Shown: piece after piece, positions 1-9,562 of the stretch | Position numbering within the stretch: position 1 is the first letter of the stretch | Layout of the letters: every line of letters begins with the position of its first letter | Source: Candidatus Chisholmbacteria bacterium | GTDB lineage: Bacteria > Patescibacteriota > Microgenomatia > UBA1400 > Chisholmbacteraceae | Reading direction: 5' to 3' | DNA length: 64,000 bases | Assembly: GCA_963704905.1 (NCBI GenBank) | Contig: CAVPHZ010000002.1 | Coordinates: 139,011 to 203,010 of the forward strand | Translations under genes and position numbers: made by a program | The notes under the pieces: generated by a model | What the model saw: the letters and a program-made list of their open reading frames with translations, nothing else | What the model was told of the DNA's origin: nothing | The model's database searches: none

Positions 1-430
1 GAGACGTACGCAAGGGCTCTCCATTCGATGTATTAGTTACAAATGCTTGTTCATCAGGAAGATACTCTTCATCAAGAATAACATCATTAATCATAATTAT
101 TCCTTCAGAAATTTGAATGTTTTCATCTGGAAGCCCAATAATTCGTTTCACAAAGTCACACTGTAATTCTTGAGGACATCTCGCTCCAGAAGGGGCATGA
201 AAAACAACCACATCGCCCCTTTCTGGGTCATGAAACCGGTAGCTAAGCTTATCCGTCAACAGATATTCCCCGCTGAAAAAATTTGGCCACATCGAATTAC
301 CATTCACCTGATGTGGCTGTACGAGAAAAAGATATATGACGACAAATATCGCCAACGCGACAACCACTGTCTCAATGATATCTAGAAAAAAATGAGCAAT
401 GGTTCGCAGTGCAGCTGCAACTTGAGACAT
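1..430 (-). CDS. lepB: Signal peptidase I, 3' end truncated by the window edge
   Basis: Reverse-strand translation from ATG (revcomp of 428-430): MSQVAAALRTIAHFF..VNGNSMWPNF..YRFHDPERGDVVVFHAPS..DFVKRIIGLPDE. It shows the S26 peptidase Ser box (GNSMxP) and Lys box (KRIIGLP). The ORF is absent from the supplied track because it has no stop inside the window. Confidence 0.85.
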   Translation of the reverse strand, partial: MSQVAAALRTIAHFFLDIIETVVVALAIFVVIYLFLVQPHQVNGNSMWPNFFSGEYLLTDKLSYRFHDPERGDVVVFHAPSGARCPQELQCDFVKRIIGLPDENIQISEGIIMINDVILDEEYLPDEQAFVTNTSNGEPLRTS

Positions 431-452
431 CTTGGGCTTTATTATGCTACGA

Positions 453-482
453 GTGACGGAAGAAGGCAAGAACTGGTATAAT
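453..482 (+). promoter_or_regulatory. Putative sigma70 promoter for tRNA-Val: -35 GTGACG, extended -10 TGGTATAAT
   Basis: gtgacgg at 453-459, a 17-nt spacer, and TGG+TATAAT at 474-482, about 95 nt upstream of tRNA-Val. The same CTGGTATAAT element precedes tRNA-Lys at 38288-38296. Confidence 0.35.
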
Positions 483-576
483 ATGACAACCAGGCGACTA
501 AAAAGCTTCGGTGACAGAAGTATACTAAAAGTAAAGAGATAAAAAACCAGAGCACTTCTGCACGATCTGCCCCTAA

Positions 577-650
<74 letters not shown>

Positions 651-691
651 CAATGAACCAATCACCAATCAACTCTTAAGAAGGAGGAGGA

Positions 692-1027
692 ATGAAAATT
701 CTATCATTGGAGAAAATTAAATCAGAACCGGTATCTCACAATCCGAAAATTCAAAAGAAAGTCTTTGTAAAAAAAGGAGATATTCCTCACATGTTGCAAT
801 TTGCACAATCGACCTTCACTTCTGGACAGATTGCCAGCGAACACGTTCATGAGGACATGTACGAAATTTACCTTGTGGAAGGTGGTCAGGGAATAGTAAA
901 AGTAGCTGGAAAGGTCGAGCAAATTAAATTGGGAGACTGTATCATCATCGAACCTGGCGATGCGCATGAATTCTTAAACACCGGTGCTGACGACCTGATT
1001 CTCACCTACTTCGGAATAGAAAAATAA
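692..1027 (+). CDS. Cupin-domain protein, 111 aa
   Basis: Strong RBS AAGGAGGAGG at 681-690. Cupin-like motifs G(x)5HxH...E (HVHEDMYEIYLVEGG) and PGDAHEF. Confidence 0.6.
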   Translation: MKILSLEKIKSEPVSHNPKIQKKVFVKKGDIPHMLQFAQSTFTSGQIASEHVHEDMYEIYLVEGGQGIVKVAGKVEQIKLGDCIIIEPGDAHEFLNTGADDLILTYFGIEK

Positions 1028-1110
1028 ATTTCATATTCGCTTCTGCTGGAAGTGAACGCAGAGTTTCCTTGAAACGATTTAAAAAAAAGCAGACAATATC
1101 AAATAAATCT

Positions 1111-2037
1111 ATGGTGCAAGTGAGCGTCGTTGTTACTGTATTCAATGAAGAAAGTAGTATAGATCTTCTCCTTCAATCATTGGTATTTCAGTCAAAAAAA
1201 GCCTCTGAAATAATCATCGTCGATGCCGGTTCCACTGACAAAACAGTTAAAAACATAATCCGTTTCGGAAAAAAATATCAGCAGGTCACACTCATCCAAG
1301 CACCAGGAGTAAATCGCTCTCAAGGAAGGAATAGGGGGATTCATAGAGCCAAAAGTAAATTCATTGCAATCACTGACGCTGGATGTATCCCACAACCTAA
1401 TTGGCTCGAAACTTTGACCGAGCCTTTCAGCGATCCCGCTATTGACGTGGTGAGTGGATATTACGAGTCAGATGCTCAAACTCCCTTTCAAAAAAGTTTC
1501 GCGGTCTTTACAATTTATCCAAATTATAAAGTTAAAGATGATACATATCTACCTTCCTCAAGGTCGTTAGCATTCACCAAAGTCATATGGAAAAAAGTAG
1601 GTGGATATCCAGCGCATCTGGATACTTGTGAAGATCTGGTTTTCGTTGAGCATTTAAAAAAAGCAAATGCTCGATTTCGCCTGTCAAAGGATGCCATAGT
1701 GTCATGGAAACAAGAACATACTTGGCCAGGTGCATTTGTAAAGCTGTTTTCCTATTCGCGAGGAGATGGGCAGGCGAGATACAGGCCTCACTTGAAAAGA
1801 GCTGCATTCGTTTGGCTTCGGTATGCAATAGGAATTTGGTTGTTGATCGTGTTTCCAGTTAGTCTTATGATCTTTATTCCTCAATATATAGCTTGGTCAA
1901 TTGGAAAAGGATATAGCAGAGTAAAGGATATTCAGGCGCTTTGGTTGCTCCCATTACTGCAGATAACTGCAGATATAGCAGTCATGAGTGGGTCAACGTT
2001 CGGTCTTATCGAAGGACTGTTCAGGGACGCTCGGTGA
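1111..2037 (+). CDS. Family 2 glycosyltransferase (GT2) with a C-terminal TM segment
   Basis: VSVVVTVFNEE..IIIVDAGSTDKT..NRG..D..ED is the GT-A/GT2 pattern. The track ORF begins at TTG 1069; the first ATG at 1111 is the preferred start. Confidence 0.8.
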   Translation: MVQVSVVVTVFNEESSIDLLLQSLVFQSKKASEIIIVDAGSTDKTVKNIIRFGKKYQQVTLIQAPGVNRSQGRNRGIHRAKSKFIAITDAGCIPQPNWLETLTEPFSDPAIDVVSGYYESDAQTPFQKSFAVFTIYPNYKVKDDTYLPSSRSLAFTKVIWKKVGGYPAHLDTCEDLVFVEHLKKANARFRLSKDAIVSWKQEHTWPGAFVKLFSYSRGDGQARYRPHLKRAAFVWLRYAIGIWLLIVFPVSLMIFIPQYIAWSIGKGYSRVKDIQALWLLPLLQITADIAVMSGSTFGLIEGLFRDAR

Positions 2038-2050
2038 TACAATACGCTGC

Positions 2051-3274
2051 ATGGGATACTTTCGCAAGGCTTTAATTGGAACCGGATGGATGGGTACGCT
2101 TCGCGTAGGTTCTCGAGCACTCTCCTTTCTCAAGCTTGCAATCGTAGCCAGAATTCTTACACCTCAAGACTTTGGTGTATTTGGAATTGCAACAATTTCT
2201 CTAGCCTTATTAGAGATTCTTACAGAAACTGGAATTTACGTATTTTTAATTCAGGAAAAAGAAGATATAGAGAAATATCTCAATACCGCTTGGGTTGTTT
2301 CAATATTGAGAGGAATGATCATTGCAGCAAGTCTTTTTCTCCTCTCAGCACCACTATCAGTTTTTTTCAATGAATCTCGTGCCCAGCAGCTCATACTGTG
2401 GGTAGGTCTCGTCGCCTCCATTCGTGGGTTTATTAATCCAGCAATCATCGGCTTTCAGAAAAAGCTTGAGTTTCATAAAGAATTTCTTCTTCGCATGATC
2501 GTCATTTTCACTGAATCAATTGCGACCATCGTATTTACAGTAATAACCCACTCAGTAATGAGTTTGGTGTATGGACTCATGGTCTCAGCCATAGTTGAGG
2601 TAGCACTTTCATTTTTCATTGTACGAGTACGACCGAAACTGAAGCTAGAGAAAGTGAAGTTAAAGAAAATGATTTCTCGAGGGAAATGGGTAACGCTGAG
2701 TGGTATTCTCGGCTTTCTCACGCGTCAGGGTGATGATGCTGTGGTTGCCAAACTCATAAATGCAACTTCGCTTGGGTTCTACCAAATGGCATATAAGTTT
2801 TCAACTCTCCCTGGAACAGAGATCACTGATGTCTTGAGTAAAGTAACATTTCCAGTCTACGCAAAGATCGAGCAAGATAAAAAACGATTATTGCGAGCCT
2901 ATCTCAAAACCATTTTGGTTAGCGCAAGTATCGTTCTCCCGCTAAGTACGCTGCTGTTCCTCTTTCCTAAAGAAGTTCTTATCTTTGTCGTCGGCTCTCA
3001 ATGGATTGAGGCAACCAGTGCGCTCCGCATTCTTTCCATCTTTGGTGCACTCGGTGCACTCGTCGGTTCTCGAAACGCAGTATTTTTTGCATTGAGGCGC
3101 CAGGATCTGGTTTCAAAGATCACCTTTATAAAGTTAATTGCCTTGGGTGTATTCATCATTCCATTCACGCTGAAGCTGGGAATTATTGGTGCTGCCTGGG
3201 CATCTCTGATTTCTGTTATCATTGTCACCCCGGTCACAATATATTATCTTGTGAAAGTATTTAAAAACGCATGA
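2051..3274 (+). CDS. Polysaccharide flippase, Wzx/MOP family
   Basis: Polytopic membrane protein with LAIVARILTPQDFGVFGIA and ALLEILTETGIYVFLIQ, typical of Wzx-like lipid-linked oligosaccharide translocases. The track start GTG 1988 overlaps the upstream gene; ATG 2051 is preferred. Confidence 0.7.
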   Translation: MGYFRKALIGTGWMGTLRVGSRALSFLKLAIVARILTPQDFGVFGIATISLALLEILTETGIYVFLIQEKEDIEKYLNTAWVVSILRGMIIAASLFLLSAPLSVFFNESRAQQLILWVGLVASIRGFINPAIIGFQKKLEFHKEFLLRMIVIFTESIATIVFTVITHSVMSLVYGLMVSAIVEVALSFFIVRVRPKLKLEKVKLKKMISRGKWVTLSGILGFLTRQGDDAVVAKLINATSLGFYQMAYKFSTLPGTEITDVLSKVTFPVYAKIEQDKKRLLRAYLKTILVSASIVLPLSTLLFLFPKEVLIFVVGSQWIEATSALRILSIFGALGALVGSRNAVFFALRRQDLVSKITFIKLIALGVFIIPFTLKLGIIGAAWASLISVIIVTPVTIYYLVKVFKNA

Positions 3275-4812
3275 GTAAAAAAACTAAGGTTATCATCATT
3301 GGACTCGACGGAGTTACCTGGAAAATTCTCAACCCGTTAATCAAATTAGGAAAGCTGCCATATTTAAACAGCCTTAAGAAGAGGGGAGCCTCAGGGATAT
3401 TAAAAAGCACCATACCACCAGTAACCGGTCCTGCCTGGGCAACATTTCAGACTGGCGTAAATCCCGGTAAGCATGGGGTGTTTGATTTTTTCACCATACG
3501 TCAAAACCCAGAAAGTCCAGAGCTCATCGATAGAAGGACGATACGAGCCGAGAAGATCTGGGAATACTTGGGAAAAGCAGGTAAACAGAGTCTACTTTTA
3601 GCAATGCCTATTTCCTACCCACCCACAGAGATTCGAGGAGTATTGGTCACCTCATTTATGACTCCTGTCGGTGCACCATTTGCATACCCAAAAGATATTG
3701 AAGCAAAGCTAAAGCAAATAGACTATCAAATTGACATTTTAGCCACAAAGCGGTATGGCGAGGTGCCAGGCCAACCGCTCACTGATTCGCAGAAAACAAG
3801 GCTCATTAAAGATGCAATAGATATATCAAAAAAACGTGTCAAGGCATTTAAAGTAATTTCGCAGCAAAATGAATTTGATTTGTATTTCGTCTTTTTTAAA
3901 GAGACCGACTTCTTACAGCACATGTTTTTTGATGGCAAAGAAACTGAGCAGTATTTAACCAGCTTCGATACTCAGCTCAGGAGGCTTGTAGAGTATTGTG
4001 ACAAGAATATTTCAGGAAACAAAGTCTACTTTCTCATTTCAGACCACGGTTTTCATAAAACTGCAGATCTTCAATTTTCCCCCTATGTGTGGCTAACAAA
4101 GCTACTACAATTGAAGAAATCATCAAAAAAATGGTCTGCTTCTTGGAAAGCTCTACATAAACTTAATAAACTGCTAAAGATATCAGGTATAGAATTAACC
4201 AAATCAAAAAAAATAGCCAAGTCAAGAGAACAGTTGGTAGAAGCAGCCTCGCAAGATGAAAAAAAAGTATTTGTCCGTCTTGGAGTAATCGCAACAATGC
4301 GAGGTGTCTATCTGCTCGGAAAAATGCGTACCCAAGAAAATAAAAGAAAAATCATCGCTAATGCCAAGGAACTGAAGCATAATGGAAAACCAATATTTAA
4401 ACTTGTTGCAGATGTAAACAAGGTATATCATGGTTCCTTTGTGAAGGAGGCACCGGATGTCATTTGGATGGCAAACGAAGGAATCACCATCAACCTATCT
4501 CCTCTGGCAGAAGAGTTAGTCACTCCTCGACCGACGCACTTGAAAGGAGATCATTACGCTGCCAGAGATGGGGTCATCATGAGCTGGGGTCAAAACCTTA
4601 TACCAGGATTTACAGTTAATGCGAACCTTGAAGATCTACTGCCAACTGCACTAGAGCTACTGGATGTACCAATACCGAATAAAATTGATGGGAAACCACT
4701 TCGAGATATATTTAAAAAAAGTGTAAAAATGAAATCGGCAAAGATAGTAAATGAACACCAGCGAGTAGATGATCTTATTAATCAACAAATCAGTAATCTG
4801 GAGGATCTATGA
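3271..4812 (+). CDS. Alkaline-phosphatase-superfamily protein (type I phosphodiesterase / nucleotide pyrophosphatase family)
   Basis: VIIIGLDGVTW..LKSTIPPVTGPAWATFQTGVNPGKHGVFDF matches the PF01663-type metal-binding N-terminal signature. ATGA overlap with the upstream gene. Confidence 0.75.
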   Translation: MSKKTKVIIIGLDGVTWKILNPLIKLGKLPYLNSLKKRGASGILKSTIPPVTGPAWATFQTGVNPGKHGVFDFFTIRQNPESPELIDRRTIRAEKIWEYLGKAGKQSLLLAMPISYPPTEIRGVLVTSFMTPVGAPFAYPKDIEAKLKQIDYQIDILATKRYGEVPGQPLTDSQKTRLIKDAIDISKKRVKAFKVISQQNEFDLYFVFFKETDFLQHMFFDGKETEQYLTSFDTQLRRLVEYCDKNISGNKVYFLISDHGFHKTADLQFSPYVWLTKLLQLKKSSKKWSASWKALHKLNKLLKISGIELTKSKKIAKSREQLVEAASQDEKKVFVRLGVIATMRGVYLLGKMRTQENKRKIIANAKELKHNGKPIFKLVADVNKVYHGSFVKEAPDVIWMANEGITINLSPLAEELVTPRPTHLKGDHYAARDGVIMSWGQNLIPGFTVNANLEDLLPTALELLDVPIPNKIDGKPLRDIFKKSVKMKSAKIVNEHQRVDDLINQQISNLEDL

Positions 4813-5492
4813 AAAGCAAGAAAAACCTAGCTTGGAAGATAAAGGCGAGTCAGCGAGTATTGCAAACAGCCATGAATAAATTTGGCCCAGATGTAGCTCT
4901 TGCATGGACCGGTGGAAAAGACTCAACCGTCATCCTTCACATGGTTCGAGAACTGTTAAATGGAAAAGTATCAATGCCGGTATTATTCATCGACACAGGG
5001 TTGGATTTTGACGAAATTCTGGTTTTTGTCGATAAGTTAGAAAAGGAGTGGAAACTCAATCTATTCCGGATCCAAGATAGACCAGGTCTCAAGCGCTACA
5101 AAGCTGAAAAGAACAAGACCAAGAAAAAAGTACTGGCTCGAATGATGAAAGTACATGCAATTAAAAAAGCTGTCAAAACCCAGAACTGGAATGCCTTGAT
5201 CGTTGGAATCCGTTGGGATGAACACGAAGCTCGATCGTCGGAGGTATATTTTTCACAGAGGAAAGATCACATAAGAGTTCATCCGATCTTACATTTCACG
5301 GAAGAAGATATTTGGGATTACATTAAAATGCATAACCTTCCGTATAATCCACTCTACGACCAAGGATATCGTTCTCTTGGGGAAAAAGATTTTACCAAGC
5401 CGGTGAAAGGCAAACATCTCCCTGAAAGAGCAGGGAGGGAGAAGGATAAAGAGAAAATTATGGAACGACTAAGAGCCCTAGGATACTTCTAA
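4809..5492 (+). CDS. PP-loop ATP pyrophosphatase, PAPS reductase family, lacking the catalytic Cys motif
   Basis: ALAWTGGKDSTVILHMV is the SGGKDS PP-loop. No C-terminal ECG(L/I)H or CxxC motif, so it is probably not a genuine sulfonucleotide reductase. Confidence 0.7.
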   Translation: MKSKKNLAWKIKASQRVLQTAMNKFGPDVALAWTGGKDSTVILHMVRELLNGKVSMPVLFIDTGLDFDEILVFVDKLEKEWKLNLFRIQDRPGLKRYKAEKNKTKKKVLARMMKVHAIKKAVKTQNWNALIVGIRWDEHEARSSEVYFSQRKDHIRVHPILHFTEEDIWDYIKMHNLPYNPLYDQGYRSLGEKDFTKPVKGKHLPERAGREKDKEKIMERLRALGYF

Positions 5493-5505
5493 TCGTTACA
5501 CAGAG

Positions 5506-6156
5506 ATGAAGGACACACCGCTGGTACAGCTTGGATGGGGGAAGAAAGGTTCTCGACTTGATCAAACAAAAGTAAAACTCCTTCAAAATTTCATTCTCGG
5601 CAAACGAGTGATCGATATTGGCTGCGCTACTGGAATCTACTCCAAACGAATGAAAAAACTTCGTCTTGATGTCACAAGCACAGATATCAACTTTGCGCTT
5701 CTAAGCAAAGCCGAATCTCTTAATAGAGTAGTATCGAGTATCACTCATCTCCCTTTTAAAAATAAGCAATTTGACACGACGATTTTGTTTGACATTCTCG
5801 AGCATGTTCATGATAAATGTCTAAAAGAAGTCATACGAATCACTAAGCGTCGCATCATTTTAACGGTTCCTCGCACGACAGATAAGAATTTAAAAAATAA
5901 TTGGTTAGTATATGGCCACCATCAGGACACAACCCATAAAAGGACCTACACACGAAGAAGTCTAAAAAAATTACTTTTGGATCATAGTCTTAAGCCTGTA
6001 CTAATAAAACCCTCACATCCTATTTCTACCGACGCTTTATTTCTAGATATTCTCGAGGGAAAAGTGATCATTAAAAAATTAATAAGACGGTTTACGTTTC
6101 TTGCTCTCAAACCAAAACAATTCAATTCTAACCTCACGGCTGTGGTCGATCTATAA
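5506..6156 (+). CDS. Class I SAM-dependent methyltransferase
   Basis: VIDIGCATGIYS is Rossmann motif I, and ILFDILEHV is motif II/post-I. Confidence 0.75.
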   Translation: MKDTPLVQLGWGKKGSRLDQTKVKLLQNFILGKRVIDIGCATGIYSKRMKKLRLDVTSTDINFALLSKAESLNRVVSSITHLPFKNKQFDTTILFDILEHVHDKCLKEVIRITKRRIILTVPRTTDKNLKNNWLVYGHHQDTTHKRTYTRRSLKKLLLDHSLKPVLIKPSHPISTDALFLDILEGKVIIKKLIRRFTFLALKPKQFNSNLTAVVDL

Positions 6157-6171
6157 AATCACTAGACATAC

Positions 6172-7278
6172 ATGAAGCTGATCATCGACATAAGTCCCTT
6201 ATCTTCACTACCAAGAACCGGAATTGGAGTGATTCTTGAAAATCTTATTTCATCGCTAACCAATATAGAGAAGGTAGAAATCATCTTTTTTGCGTTAATT
6301 GCCAGAAGGGCAGAAGAGGAGTTAAGGAAGGAATTTCCCAATCTCCATGCACTTCCGGTACCTGCGAGATTACTGGAAGCATCGATTAAATATGCACAAG
6401 CCGCGTCTGTGCCTGTAAACTGGTTTGTTGGAAGGGCAGACGCATTCATAAGCATCGATTGGCTTTGCTTGCCTCTTAAGTCTGGGAAAACGCTTCCGAT
6501 AGTGGCTGACGCAACACCTCTGAGCCATCCCAAGTGGCATAAACCTGAGAATGTAGCTTGGTTTAGCAGGCGTATACGAAGCATTGAGAAACACGCCGAC
6601 ACAGTTCTGGCACTAAGCCAAGCAACAAAGGACGAGTTAGCCAGGCACACATCACTTCCAAAAGAAAAGATTCGTGTGGTTTACCCAGGTGTAGCGAAGC
6701 AATTTCTTAAAGTACCAAGCGTATCTGTCGTTTCTGACGTACAACAGAAATATTCACTCCCGGAGTCATTCTTGTTATTCGTCAGTACACAGGAACCAAG
6801 AAAAAATCTTCACGGCATTATCAAAGCAATGAACGCTGTACCAAAAAGCATCAGAGATCAAACCAAGTTAGTCTTAGCAGGGACTCGTGGTTGGGGTAAT
6901 CAGGTCGTTTACCCCGATTTCGTGCAAGAGCTTGATCATATTGACCACACAGATCTTCCGGCTATTTATATTGCATCAAATGGATTGGTTTACCCGTCTT
7001 TCAAGGAGGGTTTTGGTCTTCCAATTGTCGAAGCATTTTCTCTAGGGGTACCAGTGTTGACGAGCAATACTTCGAGTATGTCCGAGATAGCGGGTGATGC
7101 TGCAGTGTTAGTTGATCCTCACTCAGCAGATAATATTCAGGTCGGCATAGAAAAACTTCTGACAATGAACAGGAAGACTAAACTAGACTTCATTAGAAAA
7201 GGAAAAAAAAGAGCCATAAAGTACACGTTCGATAAAATGGCCCAAAAAGTTATGAATCTTGTAAACCAAGCGGTATGA
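6172..7278 (+). CDS. Family 4 glycosyltransferase (GT-B)
   Basis: C-terminal FKEGFGLPIVEAFSLGVPVLTSN..AGDAAVLVDP is the E(x7)E GT4 signature. Confidence 0.8.
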   Translation: MKLIIDISPLSSLPRTGIGVILENLISSLTNIEKVEIIFFALIARRAEEELRKEFPNLHALPVPARLLEASIKYAQAASVPVNWFVGRADAFISIDWLCLPLKSGKTLPIVADATPLSHPKWHKPENVAWFSRRIRSIEKHADTVLALSQATKDELARHTSLPKEKIRVVYPGVAKQFLKVPSVSVVSDVQQKYSLPESFLLFVSTQEPRKNLHGIIKAMNAVPKSIRDQTKLVLAGTRGWGNQVVYPDFVQELDHIDHTDLPAIYIASNGLVYPSFKEGFGLPIVEAFSLGVPVLTSNTSSMSEIAGDAAVLVDPHSADNIQVGIEKLLTMNRKTKLDFIRKGKKRAIKYTFDKMAQKVMNLVNQAV

Positions 7279-8396
7279 AGATCGCAATATTTCACCACCT
7301 TCCAGATGGAGGAGCCAAGATTGCTCTCTATGAGCAACTTAAACGACTGAAATTGAAACACACACTACATCTCTATGGTTTTCTATCTGAAGATGGTGAA
7401 TTCAATCTCAGTGCACTTTGCGACAAGACGTATCTTTATCCCTATCATGCTGTACCTGCACAGCTGAAGAAAGGTGCGCTACGCTTCATTGACGATCTTC
7501 GGTCATTTACCAAGCTCAAAACAATTCACAGGGAGATTGCCAGAACAATTGATAAAGAGAGCTACGACCTAGTTTTCGCTCATAATAGTCGTCTTACTCA
7601 GGCACCATACCTCTTACAGTTTATACATACTCCAAGTGTCTATTACTGTCATGAGCCCTACCGCGCTGCCTACGAAGCGGAGCTAAGGTTAGAAAAAGAG
7701 GTTGGTATGCTCAACAAATCCTACGAAAGTCTGAATCGCAGCATCCGAAAACGCATTGACAGAAACAACGCCCGAGCAGCAAATCGAATTGCGACCAATT
7801 CAAAATACACGCAAAAATACATATATAAAGCATATGAAAAAGATTCACAAGTCTGCTTACAGGGGGTGGATGCATCAGACTTTAAACCGAATACGATCAA
7901 GACCAATAGAAATGGCCTGCTATTTGTTGCCAGCAAAACTCAGATTAAAGGATTTAATCTATTGGAAAGCGCATTACGTTCTATCCCAAAGAATCGACGA
8001 CCCACTCTAAAAGTGATTGAACCAAGAAAAAATACATTTTCAGTGGACCGAGCTCAGCTCATCAGAGCGTATGCCTCTGCAGAGCTGACCATCTGTACTT
8101 CAGTGAACGAACCCTTTGGTCTGGTTGCCATAGAATCAATGGCCTGTGAAACTCCGGTGATTGCTGTCAATGAAGGGGGATATCGTGAAACCATCATAGA
8201 TGGACAAACCGGATATCTTATCAAGCGTACACCGAATTCTTTAGCTCAACGAATCCTCAGAATAACAGGGGATAAGCAATTAGCCAGAAGGCTTGGTCAA
8301 GCTGGCCGAAAGCATGTCATAAAAAATTGGGATTGGGACAAGAACATTATTGAACTTGAGAAACTATTAATTAAGGTTGCAAGGCAAAAACCATGA
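7275..8396 (+). CDS. Family 4 glycosyltransferase (GT-B)
   Basis: NEPFGLVAIESMACETPVIAVNEGGYRETIIDGQTGYL is the GT4 signature. ATGA overlap with the upstream gene. Confidence 0.8.
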   Translation: MKIAIFHHLPDGGAKIALYEQLKRLKLKHTLHLYGFLSEDGEFNLSALCDKTYLYPYHAVPAQLKKGALRFIDDLRSFTKLKTIHREIARTIDKESYDLVFAHNSRLTQAPYLLQFIHTPSVYYCHEPYRAAYEAELRLEKEVGMLNKSYESLNRSIRKRIDRNNARAANRIATNSKYTQKYIYKAYEKDSQVCLQGVDASDFKPNTIKTNRNGLLFVASKTQIKGFNLLESALRSIPKNRRPTLKVIEPRKNTFSVDRAQLIRAYASAELTICTSVNEPFGLVAIESMACETPVIAVNEGGYRETIIDGQTGYLIKRTPNSLAQRILRITGDKQLARRLGQAGRKHVIKNWDWDKNIIELEKLLIKVARQKP

Positions 8397-9562
8397 ACAT
8401 AACCATCATTCAACAAGCTCCAGATATGGGTGGTTCAGAAATTTATATGGCAAATCTTGTGAAACAGTGGAGTAAAAATAATCACAACATTTACGCCTAT
8501 ACCAACCTTGTAGAGTATCGAGATGTGCTAAAGAAATCCGGAGCCAAAACTCATCACTTGCCGTTCATACTAGATATTACCGGAAATAAGCGGGGTTTTA
8601 TAAAAAGTTGCCTCTATCTACCCTTTGCATATTGGTGGTATCGACAGAAGTTAAAAAATATATATTCTCAAACAGATGTTATCGTCATGAGCGGATATGC
8701 TGAAAAACTTCTAGTGAGTCTTATCGCAAAAAAAATGAATATTCCGGTGATTTGGTTTGAGTATCCCCCTATGGAACCACTCCTCTCTCGTAATTTTGCC
8801 ATTCCCAAACTCGTCTACAAAAAGTTGTCTGTCATTCCGCATAAGATCATCACTATTTCTCAGAACACCTCTCAAAGTCTCATCAGTGACATAGGTATCG
8901 ATAAAGCAAAGATCGAGTGCATCTATCCCGGCGTAACTATCCCATTATCCGCACAGTTATTTCGAACCCAACAACAAGCTAAAAAGCTTCGAAATAAATT
9001 GAACCTAATCAACAATTTCATCATTGGAAATATTTCTCGTATCGCAAAGGAAAAAGGTCAAGAACACATCATTCGCAGTCTTCCAAATCTGAAAAAGAAA
9101 GTCAAAAATGCGAAAGTAGTGCTCACTGGTCGAGGTCCGGATATGGATAGGCTGAAAGCATTAGCTCAGAAGCTTAACGTCCTCAAAGACTGCATTTTTC
9201 TGGGATTTGTAAAAGAAATAGAAATAGTTTTATCAATGTATGATGTATTTGTATTTTCCAGCAGCTGGGAACTTGAGGGATTCGGACTCGCTCTAGCTGA
9301 AGCCATGGCATTTGAGGTGCCAATCATCGCAAGTAAACACAAGCCAACTCCGGAGATTATCACCCACGAGGAGACCGGTCTTTTAGTGAATATCATGAAT
9401 GACCAGGAGCTCAGTGATGCTATCATACGGATTGCACACAACAGACCATATTCAATAAAGCTAACAAATCAAGCAAAAAGAGAAGTAGTGAACCGTTTCA
9501 ACATCAAAAATAGTGCAATGAATATCGAAAAGGTTTTACTTGAAACGTCAAAAACCCGATGA
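8393..9562 (+). CDS. Family 4 glycosyltransferase (GT-B)
   Basis: ELEGFGLALAEAMAFEVPIIAS..ETGLLV is the GT4 signature. ATGA overlap. Confidence 0.8.
   Translation: MNITIIQQAPDMGGSEIYMANLVKQWSKNNHNIYAYTNLVEYRDVLKKSGAKTHHLPFILDITGNKRGFIKSCLYLPFAYWWYRQKLKNIYSQTDVIVMSGYAEKLLVSLIAKKMNIPVIWFEYPPMEPLLSRNFAIPKLVYKKLSVIPHKIITISQNTSQSLISDIGIDKAKIECIYPGVTIPLSAQLFRTQQQAKKLRNKLNLINNFIIGNISRIAKEKGQEHIIRSLPNLKKKVKNAKVVLTGRGPDMDRLKALAQKLNVLKDCIFLGFVKEIEIVLSMYDVFVFSSSWELEGFGLALAEAMAFEVPIIASKHKPTPEIITHEETGLLVNIMNDQELSDAIIRIAHNRPYSIKLTNQAKREVVNRFNIKNSAMNIEKVLLETSKTR

Noticed and set aside
170-385. Track ORF of 71 aa on the plus strand at the window start.
   Set aside because: It lies antisense to, and entirely within, the well-supported lepB gene on the minus strand.
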